Notes: generated by a model not told the origin, from the sequence alone. A DNA stretch of 64,000 nucleotides from Candidatus Tayloriibacteriota bacterium (GCA_016215405.1 JACRJQ010000005.1:11560-75559); one strand, 5' to 3'; shown: positions 8,825-18,489, counted from the stretch's first letter. Numbers and translations: made by a program.

Positions 8825-9793
8825 ATGAAGAAAATCCTCGTTACCAGAGAGATACACGCGCTCGGCATCGATATGCTCAAGGCGAAGGGCTACGAGGTGG
8901 ACGTAGCGTCGGGGGATAGGCCTAAGACCCAAAAGGAGCTCATAAGGCTCGTAAAGAAGAAGCCCTATGACGCGGTCGTGACGATCCTCACCGACCGCAT
9001 CGACAAGGCCGTGTTCGATGCCGCGCCTCAGGCGAAGATCTTCGCGAATTATGCGGTCGGATACGATAACGTCGATATAGCCGAAGCTAAGAGGAGGGGC
9101 ATCGTCGTCACGAATACGCCCGGGGATTACTCCGGATGCGTCGCCGAGCACGCGATCGCGCTCATGCTCGCCCTGACGACGAGACTCGTCGAGGCGGACG
9201 CGTTCACGCGGAAGGGGAGATTCAAGGGATTCGCCCCCTTGGCGTTCCTCGGCACCGACCTTCGCGGCAAGACTTTGGGTCTTGTCGGCGCGGGCAGGAT
9301 AGGGGAGCTTCTGGCGAGGTTCGCTTCGAGGGGGCTCGACATGAAGGTCCTCTACAGCGACGTCGTAAGGAACGCGAAGATAGAGTCGGAATACGGAGCG
9401 GTCAAGGCGAGCCTCGACGAGGTGCTCCGCGCTTCGGACGTGGTGAGCCTTCATGTGCCGCTTCTACCTGCGACGGAGCACCTTATCGACGCCTCGAAGC
9501 TCTCTCTCATGAAGAAGACGGCGTACCTCATAAACACCGCGCGGGGCAAGGTCGTCGACGAGAACGCGCTCGTGAGGGCCCTAAAAGCCGGCCAGATCGC
9601 CGGAGCCGGGCTCGACGTGTTCGAGTTCGAGCCGAAGCTCGCGGCAGGTCTTTCGAAGCTCAGGAACGTGGTGCTCACTCCGCATATCGCCTCTTCCCGA
9701 GAGAGCGCGCGCTCGGAGATGGCGAGGATCGTCGCCTCGAACGTGATCGACTTTCTGGAAGGAGGGCAGCCGCTTAACATCGTTAATCCTTAA
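8825..9793 (+). CDS. D-glycerate dehydrogenase/glyoxylate reductase (D-2-hydroxyacid dehydrogenase)
   Basis: AVGYDNVD, GxGRIG, INTARG, LDVFEFEP, TPHIAS. Confidence 0.92.
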   Translation: MKKILVTREIHALGIDMLKAKGYEVDVASGDRPKTQKELIRLVKKKPYDAVVTILTDRIDKAVFDAAPQAKIFANYAVGYDNVDIAEAKRRGIVVTNTPGDYSGCVAEHAIALMLALTTRLVEADAFTRKGRFKGFAPLAFLGTDLRGKTLGLVGAGRIGELLARFASRGLDMKVLYSDVVRNAKIESEYGAVKASLDEVLRASDVVSLHVPLLPATEHLIDASKLSLMKKTAYLINTARGKVVDENALVRALKAGQIAGAGLDVFEFEPKLAAGLSKLRNVVLTPHIASSRESARSEMARIVASNVIDFLEGGQPLNIVNP

Positions 9794-9797
9794 CCCT

Positions 9798-10439
9798 ATG
9801 GAACCGCTCCCTGGAAAGCTCATACTCGTCCGCCATCACGAATCGGAATGGAATAAGGCGGGCCTGTGGACGGGCGTGCGCGACAGGCACCTGACCGACT
9901 ACGGCTTTCAAAAATCGGCAGATATGGGTTTCCTTTTGAGGGACGTAAAGATCGGAAAGGCCTTCTCTTCCATGCAGGTCAGGGCTATAGAGACCCTGTC
10001 GTCCATGCTCGAGGCAATGGGGCAGTATAGGGTCGATATAGAGCATTCGAAGACCTTAAACGAGCGCGATTACGGCGAATATACGGGCAAGAGCAAATGG
10101 GACATGCAGAAGCTCGTGGGCGAGGAGACATGGAACAAGATACGCCGCGAATGGGACTATCCTGTGCCCGGAGGCGAGACGCTCAAGATGGTCTATGAGC
10201 GCGCCGTCCCGTTCTATCTCGAGAAGATATTGCCCGACGTGCGCCTCGGGACGAACGTGCTCGTGGTCGCTCACGGCAATTCGTGCCGCGCGCTCATAAA
10301 ATACATCGAGAGCGTCTCGGACGAGGGCGTATCGAAGGTCGAGATGCCCTTCGGCGGCATCCTCATCTACTCTCTAAACGAGAAGGGCCGCATGGTATCG
10401 AAGTCAGAGAGGCTCATAGAATCCCACGTAAACGCATGA
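9798..10439 (+). CDS. gpmA: 2,3-bisphosphoglycerate-dependent phosphoglycerate mutase
   Basis: LVRHHESEWN, LNERDYG, VAHGNS motifs. Confidence 0.88.
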   Translation: MEPLPGKLILVRHHESEWNKAGLWTGVRDRHLTDYGFQKSADMGFLLRDVKIGKAFSSMQVRAIETLSSMLEAMGQYRVDIEHSKTLNERDYGEYTGKSKWDMQKLVGEETWNKIRREWDYPVPGGETLKMVYERAVPFYLEKILPDVRLGTNVLVVAHGNSCRALIKYIESVSDEGVSKVEMPFGGILIYSLNEKGRMVSKSERLIESHVNA

Positions 10440-11236
10440 CGTCTTCAAAAGCGGCGATAGTGGCGACGGTCGGCCCGGTCTCTTCGGAATTCGAGACCCT
10501 TTTCTCTATGGCGAAGGCAGGTATGGACGTCGCCAGGCTCAATTACGCGTGGGGCTCGCGCGAAGAGAAGGAGGAGTTCATAAAGGCCATACGCAGAGCG
10601 GGAGACGCCTTAGGCAGGAGGATACCTATACTGGGAGACCTTCCCGGGCCTCGCATACAGGGCGAGGGCGGCCACACATACGACCCGGCAGGGAGCGTCA
10701 TAACTCCCGAAGATAGGGCTTTCATCCATTTCTCTGTAAAGCAGGGGATAGAGTATCTGGGCGTTTCGTTCGTGGGCAGCGCCCGGGATATCGAGGATTG
10801 CAGGAAGATAGTCCGCGAGGCGAAAGGGAAGCAGCGCATCGTCGCGAAGATCGAGCGCGTCGAAGCCCTGGTCCATCTCGACTCGATCATCGAAGCGGCG
10901 GACGCGATAATGGTCGCCCGGGGAGATCTCGGGAACGAGGTCCCTCTGGAGCGGATCCCTTTCGTCCAGGCCGATATAGTCTCGAGGGCGAATAGGGCAG
11001 GAAAGCCTGTCATCGTCGCGACCGAGATGCTCCTCTCGATGGTCGAGTCAGCCCGTCCCTCGAGGGCGGAGGTGACCGACGTGGCGAACGCGATACTCCA
11101 AGGAGCCGACGCCATCATGCTCTCGGACGAGACCGCCCGAGGCAAGCATCCCGTAGAGGCCGTAAAGGCCATGGAGAGGATAGCCTACGAAGCCGAGAGG
11201 CACCTTTCTGGAAAGAGGAGGTTCCTTAAGCTCTGA
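10436..11236 (+). CDS. pyk: Pyruvate kinase, minimal form (266 aa)
   Basis: IVATVGP, VARLN, AKIER, MVARGDLG, P.RAEVTDVANA..DAIMLS.ETA.G; ATG overlaps the gpmA stop (ATGA). Confidence 0.88.
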   Translation: MTSSKAAIVATVGPVSSEFETLFSMAKAGMDVARLNYAWGSREEKEEFIKAIRRAGDALGRRIPILGDLPGPRIQGEGGHTYDPAGSVITPEDRAFIHFSVKQGIEYLGVSFVGSARDIEDCRKIVREAKGKQRIVAKIERVEALVHLDSIIEAADAIMVARGDLGNEVPLERIPFVQADIVSRANRAGKPVIVATEMLLSMVESARPSRAEVTDVANAILQGADAIMLSDETARGKHPVEAVKAMERIAYEAERHLSGKRRFLKL

Positions 11237-11240
11237 TACT

Positions 11241-11275
11241 AAAGAAAAAGCCGCGCTACGCGCGGCTTTTTCTTT
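11241..11275. terminator. Bidirectional terminator
   Basis: AAAGAAAAAGCCGCGC-TAC-GCGCGGCTTTTTCTTT between convergent genes. Confidence 0.8.
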
Positions 11276-11795
11276 AGTATTCTATGCCTCGTACGGCCTT
11301 GCCTCCTTTGGCGAAGGGATGCTTCACCTCTCTCATATAGGTGACGAGATCGGCTTTCTCTACGAGCTCCTCAGGGCAGTCCCTGCCCGTCACTATTACG
11401 TGCTCTACGTAAGGGGCGATGTCGTCGATGAGCTTCATAGCGGCTTCGAAGCCTATGAGGTCGAGCTTCATGGCGTTGAGAAGCTCGTCAAGGACGATCA
11501 TGTGCCAATTCCCAGATCGCGCTTCGGAGCGCGCGTATTCCATGCCTTCCGCCGCCGCCTCGGCATGATCTTCGCGCGTCAGGGTGTCTCCCTGTATGCC
11601 CACGAATCCCTTGCCGACCTTCCGTATCTTGAAATATGGCGAAAGCCTGTCGCAGGCGACGTCTTCTCCCGATATCCACGGTCCCTTTATGAATTTGACC
11701 ATGAGGGTCTTCTTTCCCACGCCGGCCATCCTCATGCTCTGTCCGACCGCCGCCGATGTCTTGCCCTTGCCGTTGCCCGTGAATACGATAAGCAT
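11274..11795 (-). CDS. btuR: Cob(I)alamin adenosyltransferase, CobA/BtuR type
   Basis: FTGNGKGKTSAAVG, VLDE, VTGR, KHPF..G..A.RGIEY. Confidence 0.92.
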   Translation of the reverse strand: MLIVFTGNGKGKTSAAVGQSMRMAGVGKKTLMVKFIKGPWISGEDVACDRLSPYFKIRKVGKGFVGIQGDTLTREDHAEAAAEGMEYARSEARSGNWHMIVLDELLNAMKLDLIGFEAAMKLIDDIAPYVEHVIVTGRDCPEELVEKADLVTYMREVKHPFAKGGKAVRGIEY

Positions 11796-11800
11796 GTCTT

Positions 11801-14131
11801 TTAGGCTATCTCGCAGACGCCCGAGACGCAGGCGAGCTCTTTTTTGACGTCGAGCTCGTTGGTCCGCTCGTATGTGATTATCTTCGAGTAGTCGATGTGG
11901 GCAAGTCGGGCCGAAAGCTCTTCGTACTTCTCCTGGGTGATCGTCTCATACGGCGCGAGCTGGTAGACATGGTTGTCGCGGGGAAGGAAAGAGAGGCCTC
12001 CGACGATGTCCCAATTCTTGTATACCCAGTTGCCGACCTCTATCCATTCTTCCTCTCCTACCGATATGGTCACCGACGGATTGTGATCGGTCCAGTTTAC
12101 CTTCACCTTTTTCCAGAATTCGAGGAGCTCGATCGCGGTAAGGTCGTTCTTGTACACAGAGTCGTCGGGGGCCTTGACCGGGAATTCCAGTACGTAGGTC
12201 GAGGCGTTCTCGGCCGATTGCCCGACCTCAGGGTAGTAGGGCACGCCCTGGTCCTTGAGCATCTTGAAGAGGGAATCTGTGGCCGAGATGCGTACGCGGC
12301 GGATGTAGTATTTCGAATGGCGCGGGTGCATGCCGGAGGAGCAGTCGACGGTCTGAGAGACCGTTCCCGACGGCTTTACGCACGTGATGCAGGTCGAGGC
12401 GTTTATGCCGAAGCGTGCGGCGTACTCTTTGTTGACCTGTTCGGTGACCTTCCTCATCTCCCGCAGGGTCTCCTCGTCTCGAACGGCCGGAGAGTCCCAT
12501 TGGCCGGTGATCGAAACGCCGAGGAGTCTCTCCTCCTCGCATCGCTCCTTCCATTCTTTCGAGAGGTAGGGGAAGTAGGTGAGGGTGGACTGATACGTGC
12601 CGAGGATGGTCGCGAGCCTGGTCTTTCGCAGAAGCTCCGCCTTCGTGTCTTCCTTGCGGGCCACGACCTCGGATAGGTTGCAGAACTGCTTCGACTGGAG
12701 GATTATCTCGCCGCACGGGTTCGTTCCGATAGGGCCGATGACGTTCCCGTTGAGGTCGAGATAGCCCTCGTGCTTCTTCCATGCCTCTATGCGGCGGGGA
12801 GGGAGGGTCTTTGCGAGAGACCCTCGATTGAATATGCCTCGCTCTCCGGAGCCCGATTTCATAAGGGCGACCCACTCGTCCATGAATTCGGTGTTCGAGG
12901 GCTTCGTCACGTATACGGCGGAGTTGTTTGAGAGCATCCTTTGAGGCTCGGTCTGATAGAAGGCGCCCTTCTTAGCGTCGCGGACGTCGGTATCGTCGAG
13001 GTCAGAGAGCGAGATCATCGCGGAGCGGCGAACCCCTCCCGCGACCACGCAATCTCCGATCATGCAGATGATATCGTGTATGTCTATGTTCCTGAGGCGC
13101 TTTCCTTGGCGCGAGAGCATCTTCTGGCGCGTGAAAGCGAGCAGACGCCTCAAAGGCTCTGGTCCCGACGCTTTGCCTCCCATGGTCTTGAGCCTTGTTC
13201 CGACCGGCCTGATCTGGCTGAAGTCGAATTCGACGTCGCTGCCCTCGACCCAGGCCTTGACGCCGGCCGTAAGGGAGTCCGCCCAGCCTTCTTTGCTGTC
13301 TGCGATCACATAAGTAGGCAGCTTCTTGCCTGTTTGGATCTTGATCTGGGCGAACCTCTGCACGTTCTGGCTCTCGACCGAATAGCCTACTCCCGTGCCG
13401 CACATAGATATGTACATGATCTCGGCGAGGTCTTCGAACCTTTCTGGCGCGATGAACGAGCAGTTGTAGGCGCAGACGTGCGTCTTGCGCGCGGCAGGTC
13501 CCGCGAACTGCAGGAGGCGCATCGACGGCATGATCTCCTGCTTGAGTATCGCCTCGCGGATCTCCTCGTACTCGCTCTCGGTGAGTTTGTCGCCGGCATT
13601 CTCCTTCATGAAGTCGATGTATCGCCCGACCGTCTCTATCCACGTCTCTCGGCGCGATTCGGAATCGATCCAGCGCGCGTAGGTGCGGTAATAGACGAAT
13701 TCGCCGAGCGAGTTCCTGAAATACGTCTTGCTCTCGAGGGCGAGCTTTCGTACATGCTCGGGGACCTCTACTCCGGTCTCGCGCAGCTTCGCCCTCTTGT
13801 CGCGATAGAGGATGAAGGCCTTTGCCGTCTGGACGTATTCTCCGAGGATGAGCTCTCTTTCTATGGTGTCTTGGACTCCTTCGACGGTAGGGACGAAATT
13901 CTTGTACTTCGCCGCAATCGACGCGATGTCGTCGAACACCGCGTCCGCGACCTTCTCGGCCTCTTGGAGCGACCCTTCCTGGGCCGACCTCATCGCTTTG
14001 TCGATGGCCGTCACTATCTTCTGGGGGTCGAACGCCGTTATGACGCCGTTTCGCTTCATGACCCTCTTTACGAGAGCCTCTCTCGACATGTCATCAGGCT
14101 TTCCCCACAGATTCTTTTGTTGCGACGGCAT
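11801..14131 (-). CDS. nrdJ: Class II adenosylcobalamin-dependent ribonucleotide reductase with N-terminal ATP cone
   Basis: VMKRNG ATP cone, RTYAR, MPSMR, YNCSF, GGVRRSA, TNPCGEI, CVKPSGT, C-terminal CVSGVC; start taken at MPSQQ. Confidence 0.92.
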   Translation of the reverse strand: MPSQQKNLWGKPDDMSREALVKRVMKRNGVITAFDPQKIVTAIDKAMRSAQEGSLQEAEKVADAVFDDIASIAAKYKNFVPTVEGVQDTIERELILGEYVQTAKAFILYRDKRAKLRETGVEVPEHVRKLALESKTYFRNSLGEFVYYRTYARWIDSESRRETWIETVGRYIDFMKENAGDKLTESEYEEIREAILKQEIMPSMRLLQFAGPAARKTHVCAYNCSFIAPERFEDLAEIMYISMCGTGVGYSVESQNVQRFAQIKIQTGKKLPTYVIADSKEGWADSLTAGVKAWVEGSDVEFDFSQIRPVGTRLKTMGGKASGPEPLRRLLAFTRQKMLSRQGKRLRNIDIHDIICMIGDCVVAGGVRRSAMISLSDLDDTDVRDAKKGAFYQTEPQRMLSNNSAVYVTKPSNTEFMDEWVALMKSGSGERGIFNRGSLAKTLPPRRIEAWKKHEGYLDLNGNVIGPIGTNPCGEIILQSKQFCNLSEVVARKEDTKAELLRKTRLATILGTYQSTLTYFPYLSKEWKERCEEERLLGVSITGQWDSPAVRDEETLREMRKVTEQVNKEYAARFGINASTCITCVKPSGTVSQTVDCSSGMHPRHSKYYIRRVRISATDSLFKMLKDQGVPYYPEVGQSAENASTYVLEFPVKAPDDSVYKNDLTAIELLEFWKKVKVNWTDHNPSVTISVGEEEWIEVGNWVYKNWDIVGGLSFLPRDNHVYQLAPYETITQEKYEELSARLAHIDYSKIITYERTNELDVKKELACVSGVCEIA

Positions 14132-14309
14132 ATAGTTTAGTAATTTCGTAATAGTGAAATCATTATAGCGATATACCCGCCGCAGCGAAGGGAAAAAGAG
14201 TGGATAACTCAAACCGCAGAGAGGTAAGCGCCATATGTCAAACGAAAAAGATCCTCGCTTGAAAAGCTCAGCGCCCCTGATATACTGGAAAACGTTAAAT
14301 ATCGAAACC

Positions 14310-14615
14310 GTGAAATCACCTCTACCACAGGAGGCATACCAGCGAAACGCCCATATATATAAGATATTGGCGAATTCGAAGCGTCTCGAGGTGCTCAATC
14401 TCCTCAAGAAGAGGGAGCTCTCCGTAGAGGAGATGCTCAAGATCACGAAGCTCTCCAAAGCTAACCTCTCTCAGCATCTCGCGCTCTTGCGCCACAACGG
14501 TCTTGTTCACACAAGGAGGGTGGGGCTCAATATATACTATAAGATCGTCGATCCAAGGATCGTCGAGCCGTGCAAGATACTCCACAGCCTCCGCCACAAG
14601 CATCTCGTCATGTAG
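14310..14615 (+). CDS. ArsR/SmtB family transcriptional regulator
   Basis: KILANSKRLEVL, SQHLALLR HTH; GTG start after TATACT; divergent from nrdJ. Confidence 0.87.
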   Translation: MKSPLPQEAYQRNAHIYKILANSKRLEVLNLLKKRELSVEEMLKITKLSKANLSQHLALLRHNGLVHTRRVGLNIYYKIVDPRIVEPCKILHSLRHKHLVM

Positions 14616-14727
14616 CGAGGATGAGGCCCGGGACACCCCGGGCTTTTTCGCGTCCGAGAGGCCGCGGCATTTACTTTGGCGCGCTCATGTAGTTCAGTAA
14701 TTTATAAACATTGAAACTATAGGCGAG

Positions 14728-14845
14728 TGGTGCTACGCTCGGAAGTACCATCGGTTGTTGGAAGTGAGGTATCATCCCTCCACTGTGCCGCAACGGTAAA
14801 GTCCGCCCGAAGAGGGCGGAACGAGTCCGGTCGTCAGCCGATGCG
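14728..14845 (+). ncRNA. Cobalamin riboswitch
   Basis: ATCGGTTG..CAGCCGAT closing stem; GGAAGTGAGGT..ATCCCTC, ACTGTGCCGCAACGGTAA and GAGTCCGG B12-box-like motifs; lies upstream of B12-uptake-like genes. Confidence 0.8.
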
Positions 14846-14903
14846 TATCCCGAGCAGGAACGAGTAGCGCCTTCGCGCATACCTGCTTCGGCAGGATTTT
14901 TTT

Positions 14904-15410
14904 ATGAAAAACAATTCGCGCATAGCTCTAAGCATCGCCTTCGCGCTTATCCTGTTCTCGACAGGAGCGGTCTTTTCGCGCCGCCCGCTCGTCGCCGAAG
15001 CGCCCGAGGCGCCGTCCTCCTCAATCCAGGCGAGGGAGGTCGTAGCGCCGTCTCCTCGCGAGGAGGCCCCTCTTCTGAAAAAGGCAGGGACTAGGACAGC
15101 GGAGGACGTCGCGCATGGAGAGGCTATGAGCGTATCGGTTTCGATAGGAGGCGAGGCTCGAGAAGCTCTGGTGCCGATCGGCGCCACCGCGTACGACGCC
15201 ATGGCGCTCCTCAGAAAGCAGGGAAAGGCGGAATACGAGTCGACATACTATCCGTCCCTCGGCCACTTCATAAAGGAGATCGCGGGGAAGGAGAACGAAG
15301 GAGGGTATTATTGGACGCTCTATATCAACGGAGAGTATTCGGAGAGAGGAGCTTCGTCCGCCGTCCTTACCGACGGCGATAAGGTCGAATGGAGATATGA
15401 GAATAAATAA
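14904..15410 (+). CDS. DUF4430 (transcobalamin beta-domain-like) secreted protein
   Basis: Signal/TM; TAYDAM..GHFIKEIAG..YYWTLYING..GAS...L.DGD.VEWRY. Confidence 0.82.
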   Translation: MKNNSRIALSIAFALILFSTGAVFSRRPLVAEAPEAPSSSIQAREVVAPSPREEAPLLKKAGTRTAEDVAHGEAMSVSVSIGGEAREALVPIGATAYDAMALLRKQGKAEYESTYYPSLGHFIKEIAGKENEGGYYWTLYINGEYSERGASSAVLTDGDKVEWRYENK

Positions 15411-17352
15411 TCGAATGAAAGCATCTAGGGGGGTAGAGACCGCAGCTGTCGCCTTTTTCGCCGTCGCATCGTCCTTTTTCGTGGGAACGCCTTTCGCCGA
15501 GGCTCAATCGACGAGCACGCCGTCAGCGACTATAAGGCTCTCCATCGAAACGGCCACCACGACCCTTTTCGACGCCGAAATCGAGGTCCTGGCGTGTCCG
15601 GAGTCCGCATCGAGCACTCCGTTTTTGACCGGATACTGCGCCGTAGAGTCTTCGGGGCTCGATACGACGTGGTCGCCCTGGGGAGATATGCTCTTCCTCG
15701 ACGGCATCGCGGGATCGAACAACGATTTTTCGGCGGGGCTGTCTTGGAACTGGTTCTCTGACCTCGAATACGGCCAGACTTCTCTCGATGAGCATATCCT
15801 CGTAGAGGGGGAGAGCCTCCTTGTCGCCATAGGAAGGATGCCGCTTAAGATGTCTTTCGCGACCACGACCCCGGAAGTGGGCGCTACAACGACCGTCTCC
15901 GTATTCGAATTCGGCTTCGACGCGGGATGGAATCCGGCATGGCTCCCTTCGTCTACTACGACGGTGCTCTTTGCGGGCACGCCTCTCATCACCGACGCGA
16001 ACGGGCACGCCGATATCGTCGCGACGTCGACCGACAGCATCGCCGTCATCGCCGAGAAGGGCGGATTCATATCGGCGAGGGCGTCGCTTGCCCCCCGCGC
16101 CGCCGCGGTCCCTGCCCAAGAAAGCGAGCCTCAAGAGCCGCAGTCGAATTCGCAAAACCAGGAAAGCTCGGTGGTCGTATCTTTCCATCGCGCGATCGAC
16201 GCGGCGAAGGCGATATCGTTCCTCGCCGCGAATCAGAGGGAAGACGGCTCGTTCGGTTCCGACCTCTATACCGACTGGGCGGCGATCGCCCTGGCGACCG
16301 CCCCATACTCTGAGGCGCGCGATAAAGCGTCTAGGTATCTCTCTTCTTCCGCGCTCGCGAGCGGGTCGGCGACCGATTACGAGCGCAGGGCGATGGCTCT
16401 TATGGCGCTTAACATCGACCCGAGGACGGGTACGTCGGTCGATCACATAGCGAAGATCGTAGGATTCTTCGACGGAGAGCAGATAGGCGACAAATCTCTC
16501 GTTAACGACGACATCTTCGCGATATTTCCGCTCGCGAAGGCGGGATTTCTCGCGTCTGACGAAATACTAAAGAAGACCGTATCGTTCATCCTCTCGAAAC
16601 AGCGGGAAGGAGGGTCGTGGGAGGGGAGCGCCGACCTTACCGCCGCCGCGATCCAGGCGCTCTCATTGACGCCTTCTCTAGAGGGCGTAGGAGGGGCGCT
16701 CTCGTCCGCCAGAGGGTATCTCATGTCGCTTCCGAGATCCGAAGGAGGCTTTGGGAATTCCTACACGACGAGCTGGGCGCTCCAGGCGATAGCCGCTCTC
16801 GGAGAGAGCCCTTCCGCTTGGATGCACGAGTCCCTCGATCCGAACGACTATCTCTATGGCCTGCAGAAGGGCGATGGCGGGATAGGAGACGTCTCGCTCG
16901 GACAAAGCTCGAGAGTCTGGGCGACCTCTTATGCCGTACCGGCGTCATTAGGTAGGACGTGGGGGAGCATCCTTTCTTCGTATTCGAAGCCCCCGGGAGA
17001 GGAAGCGAGAGCGCCGCAGGCCCTCGTCGCGGCGCGGGAGCCTGAAGAGTCTAGCAGCGCCGCTACCACGACGTTGCCCGTCATTTCGCCCGTCCCTGTT
17101 CCGTTGCCTGAGCCTTTGGCCTTGATAGATGAGCCTGCGGCGTACAGCGAGACGCAGGAGGACCTTTCGGGGCCTACGCCCACGGTAGAGCCGGATATTT
17201 CGTCGAGGGAGCCGGCGAAGGAAGGGGAGTCTCTCGCCGCAGCTTTTGCGGCGGGCGGCAAGGAAGAGGCCAAGACGAGAGAGCTGGTCTTCATGCTCGC
17301 TCTGTTTCCTGTGGGAGGCTTCGCGGCTCTTTGGATTATAAAATCGCTATAA
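15397..17352 (+). CDS. Surface protein: DUF4430-like domain + prenyltransferase/squalene-oxidase-repeat alpha barrel + C-terminal TM; putative cobalamin-binding
   Basis: FLDGIAG..WNW; repeated Q.EDGSFG/QREGGSW/QKGDGG motifs; low-complexity stalk and anchor. Confidence 0.75.
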   Translation: MRINNRMKASRGVETAAVAFFAVASSFFVGTPFAEAQSTSTPSATIRLSIETATTTLFDAEIEVLACPESASSTPFLTGYCAVESSGLDTTWSPWGDMLFLDGIAGSNNDFSAGLSWNWFSDLEYGQTSLDEHILVEGESLLVAIGRMPLKMSFATTTPEVGATTTVSVFEFGFDAGWNPAWLPSSTTTVLFAGTPLITDANGHADIVATSTDSIAVIAEKGGFISARASLAPRAAAVPAQESEPQEPQSNSQNQESSVVVSFHRAIDAAKAISFLAANQREDGSFGSDLYTDWAAIALATAPYSEARDKASRYLSSSALASGSATDYERRAMALMALNIDPRTGTSVDHIAKIVGFFDGEQIGDKSLVNDDIFAIFPLAKAGFLASDEILKKTVSFILSKQREGGSWEGSADLTAAAIQALSLTPSLEGVGGALSSARGYLMSLPRSEGGFGNSYTTSWALQAIAALGESPSAWMHESLDPNDYLYGLQKGDGGIGDVSLGQSSRVWATSYAVPASLGRTWGSILSSYSKPPGEEARAPQALVAAREPEESSSAATTTLPVISPVPVPLPEPLALIDEPAAYSETQEDLSGPTPTVEPDISSREPAKEGESLAAAFAAGGKEEAKTRELVFMLALFPVGGFAALWIIKSL

Positions 17353-17356
17353 ATCT

Positions 17357-17887
17357 ATGAACAAGAAGAACGTCTTATTATTCTCTCTCGGCCTCATCGC
17401 CCTCGGCGTCCTAGGCAGGCTCGCGCCGCATCTTTGGAACGCGACCCCCCTCGGCGCGATCGCTCTGTTCGCGGCGTCCTATTTCGGGCTGCGCATGTCG
17501 CTTCCTGTGACGCTGTCGATCCTTTTCATAACGGATCTCGCCATCGGGTTCTATGATTGGAGGATCATGGCATCGGTCTACGCCTCGTTCGCCCTCGCCG
17601 CTATCCTAGGCAGGCTCACGTCCCGCTCGCGCGCGCCGTACAAGGTCGGCCTCGCGGTGCTCGGCTCTTCGACGCTCTTTTTCCTCGCGACCAACCTCGC
17701 GGTCTGGCAATTCGGGACGATGTACCCGCACACGCTCTCTGGCCTCGCAGACTCCTATATCGCCGCGCTCCCGTTCTTCAGAAACTCGATCATAGGGGAT
17801 TCCATGTACGCCCTAGCTCTTTTCGGGTCCTATGAGCTCTACCTCTCTTTGAGGCCCTCTGCCGCTAAAGGAGCCGTTGCAGCCTAG
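17357..17887 (+). CDS. DUF6580-type membrane protein (ECF S-component-like putative vitamin transporter)
   Basis: RLAPHLWNATPLGAIALF, FFLATNLAVW, YPHT..GL..SY.AALPFF. Confidence 0.75.
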   Translation: MNKKNVLLFSLGLIALGVLGRLAPHLWNATPLGAIALFAASYFGLRMSLPVTLSILFITDLAIGFYDWRIMASVYASFALAAILGRLTSRSRAPYKVGLAVLGSSTLFFLATNLAVWQFGTMYPHTLSGLADSYIAALPFFRNSIIGDSMYALALFGSYELYLSLRPSAAKGAVAA

Positions 17888-17940
17888 GGTCCTGGCCCCC
17901 TGTATCTTGTTTTCGGGCCTTTTTTGGGTATACTTCTCAC

Positions 17941-18237
17941 ATGACTCCTGAAGAACATCGGATGCTCGTAGAAGCGCGCGATCTGGCCTTAGAGAACGCA
18001 AAATTGCTCAAGAGCCTACGCCGGTCGCATCGAGCAGGGACGATACTTCGAGTCATATATTGGGTTGCCATCCTCGGCGTGTCTTTCGGCGCATACTATC
18101 TGATACAGCCTTACGTAGATATGCTAAAGGGGTCCTTCGGCAATATAGGCGGCATAGGCAGCGTATCTCCGAAGGCTATGACGTTCGAGGGCGCGCTGGA
18201 GAACATAAAGGCCATAAAGGATATATATTCTCAATAG
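17941..18237 (+). CDS. Hypothetical single-TM protein
   Basis: ORF with a leaderless-type start; one TM segment. Confidence 0.7.
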   Translation: MTPEEHRMLVEARDLALENAKLLKSLRRSHRAGTILRVIYWVAILGVSFGAYYLIQPYVDMLKGSFGNIGGIGSVSPKAMTFEGALENIKAIKDIYSQ

Positions 18238-18244
18238 GCAGATC

Positions 18245-18317
18245 GCTTGGATAGCTCAGTTGGTAGAGCACTTCCCTGAAGAGGAAGGGGTCCCCAGTTC
18301 GAACCTGGGTCCAAGCA
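18245..18317 (+). tRNA. tRNA-Phe(GAA)
   Basis: GCTTGGA/TCCAAGC stem; CTTCC-CTGAAGA-GGAAG anticodon arm. Confidence 0.95.
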
Positions 18318-18489
18318 CAAAGAAAAAAGCGCCTCAGGGCGTCTTTTTCTTTGTGCTGGGAGGAAGCGCGGGGCGCTTCCTCCCAGGTTCGAAGCCCGAT
18401 TGAGCATCTTTTCGAGCCGTACTCGGCGAAGGAAAAATCCAATCGCGGGTACTGACCCCGTGGGGGTCGAGTCCTGGGTCCAAGCACAA
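18318..18489 (+). repeat. tRNA-linked antisense/direct-repeat element (Phe)
   Basis: CCTGGGTCCAAGCACAA at 18304 and 18473; antisense CCCAGGTTCGAA at 18382. Confidence 0.85.

Noticed and set aside
11801-14131. Intein or intron in nrdJ or gyrA
   Set aside because: Lengths and motif spacing look normal; no splice-junction motifs seen.
14132-14458. ORF-track N-terminal extensions of nrdJ (also pyk, grx, ftsZ, ftsA and the MBL gene)
   Set aside because: They overlap neighbouring genes, tRNAs or promoters; downstream starts match the family N-termini.
18245-18489. tRNA-linked elements interpreted as tRNA introns or split tRNAs
   Set aside because: Each upstream tRNA is complete and uninterrupted; the elements lie outside them and lack group I/II intron cores.
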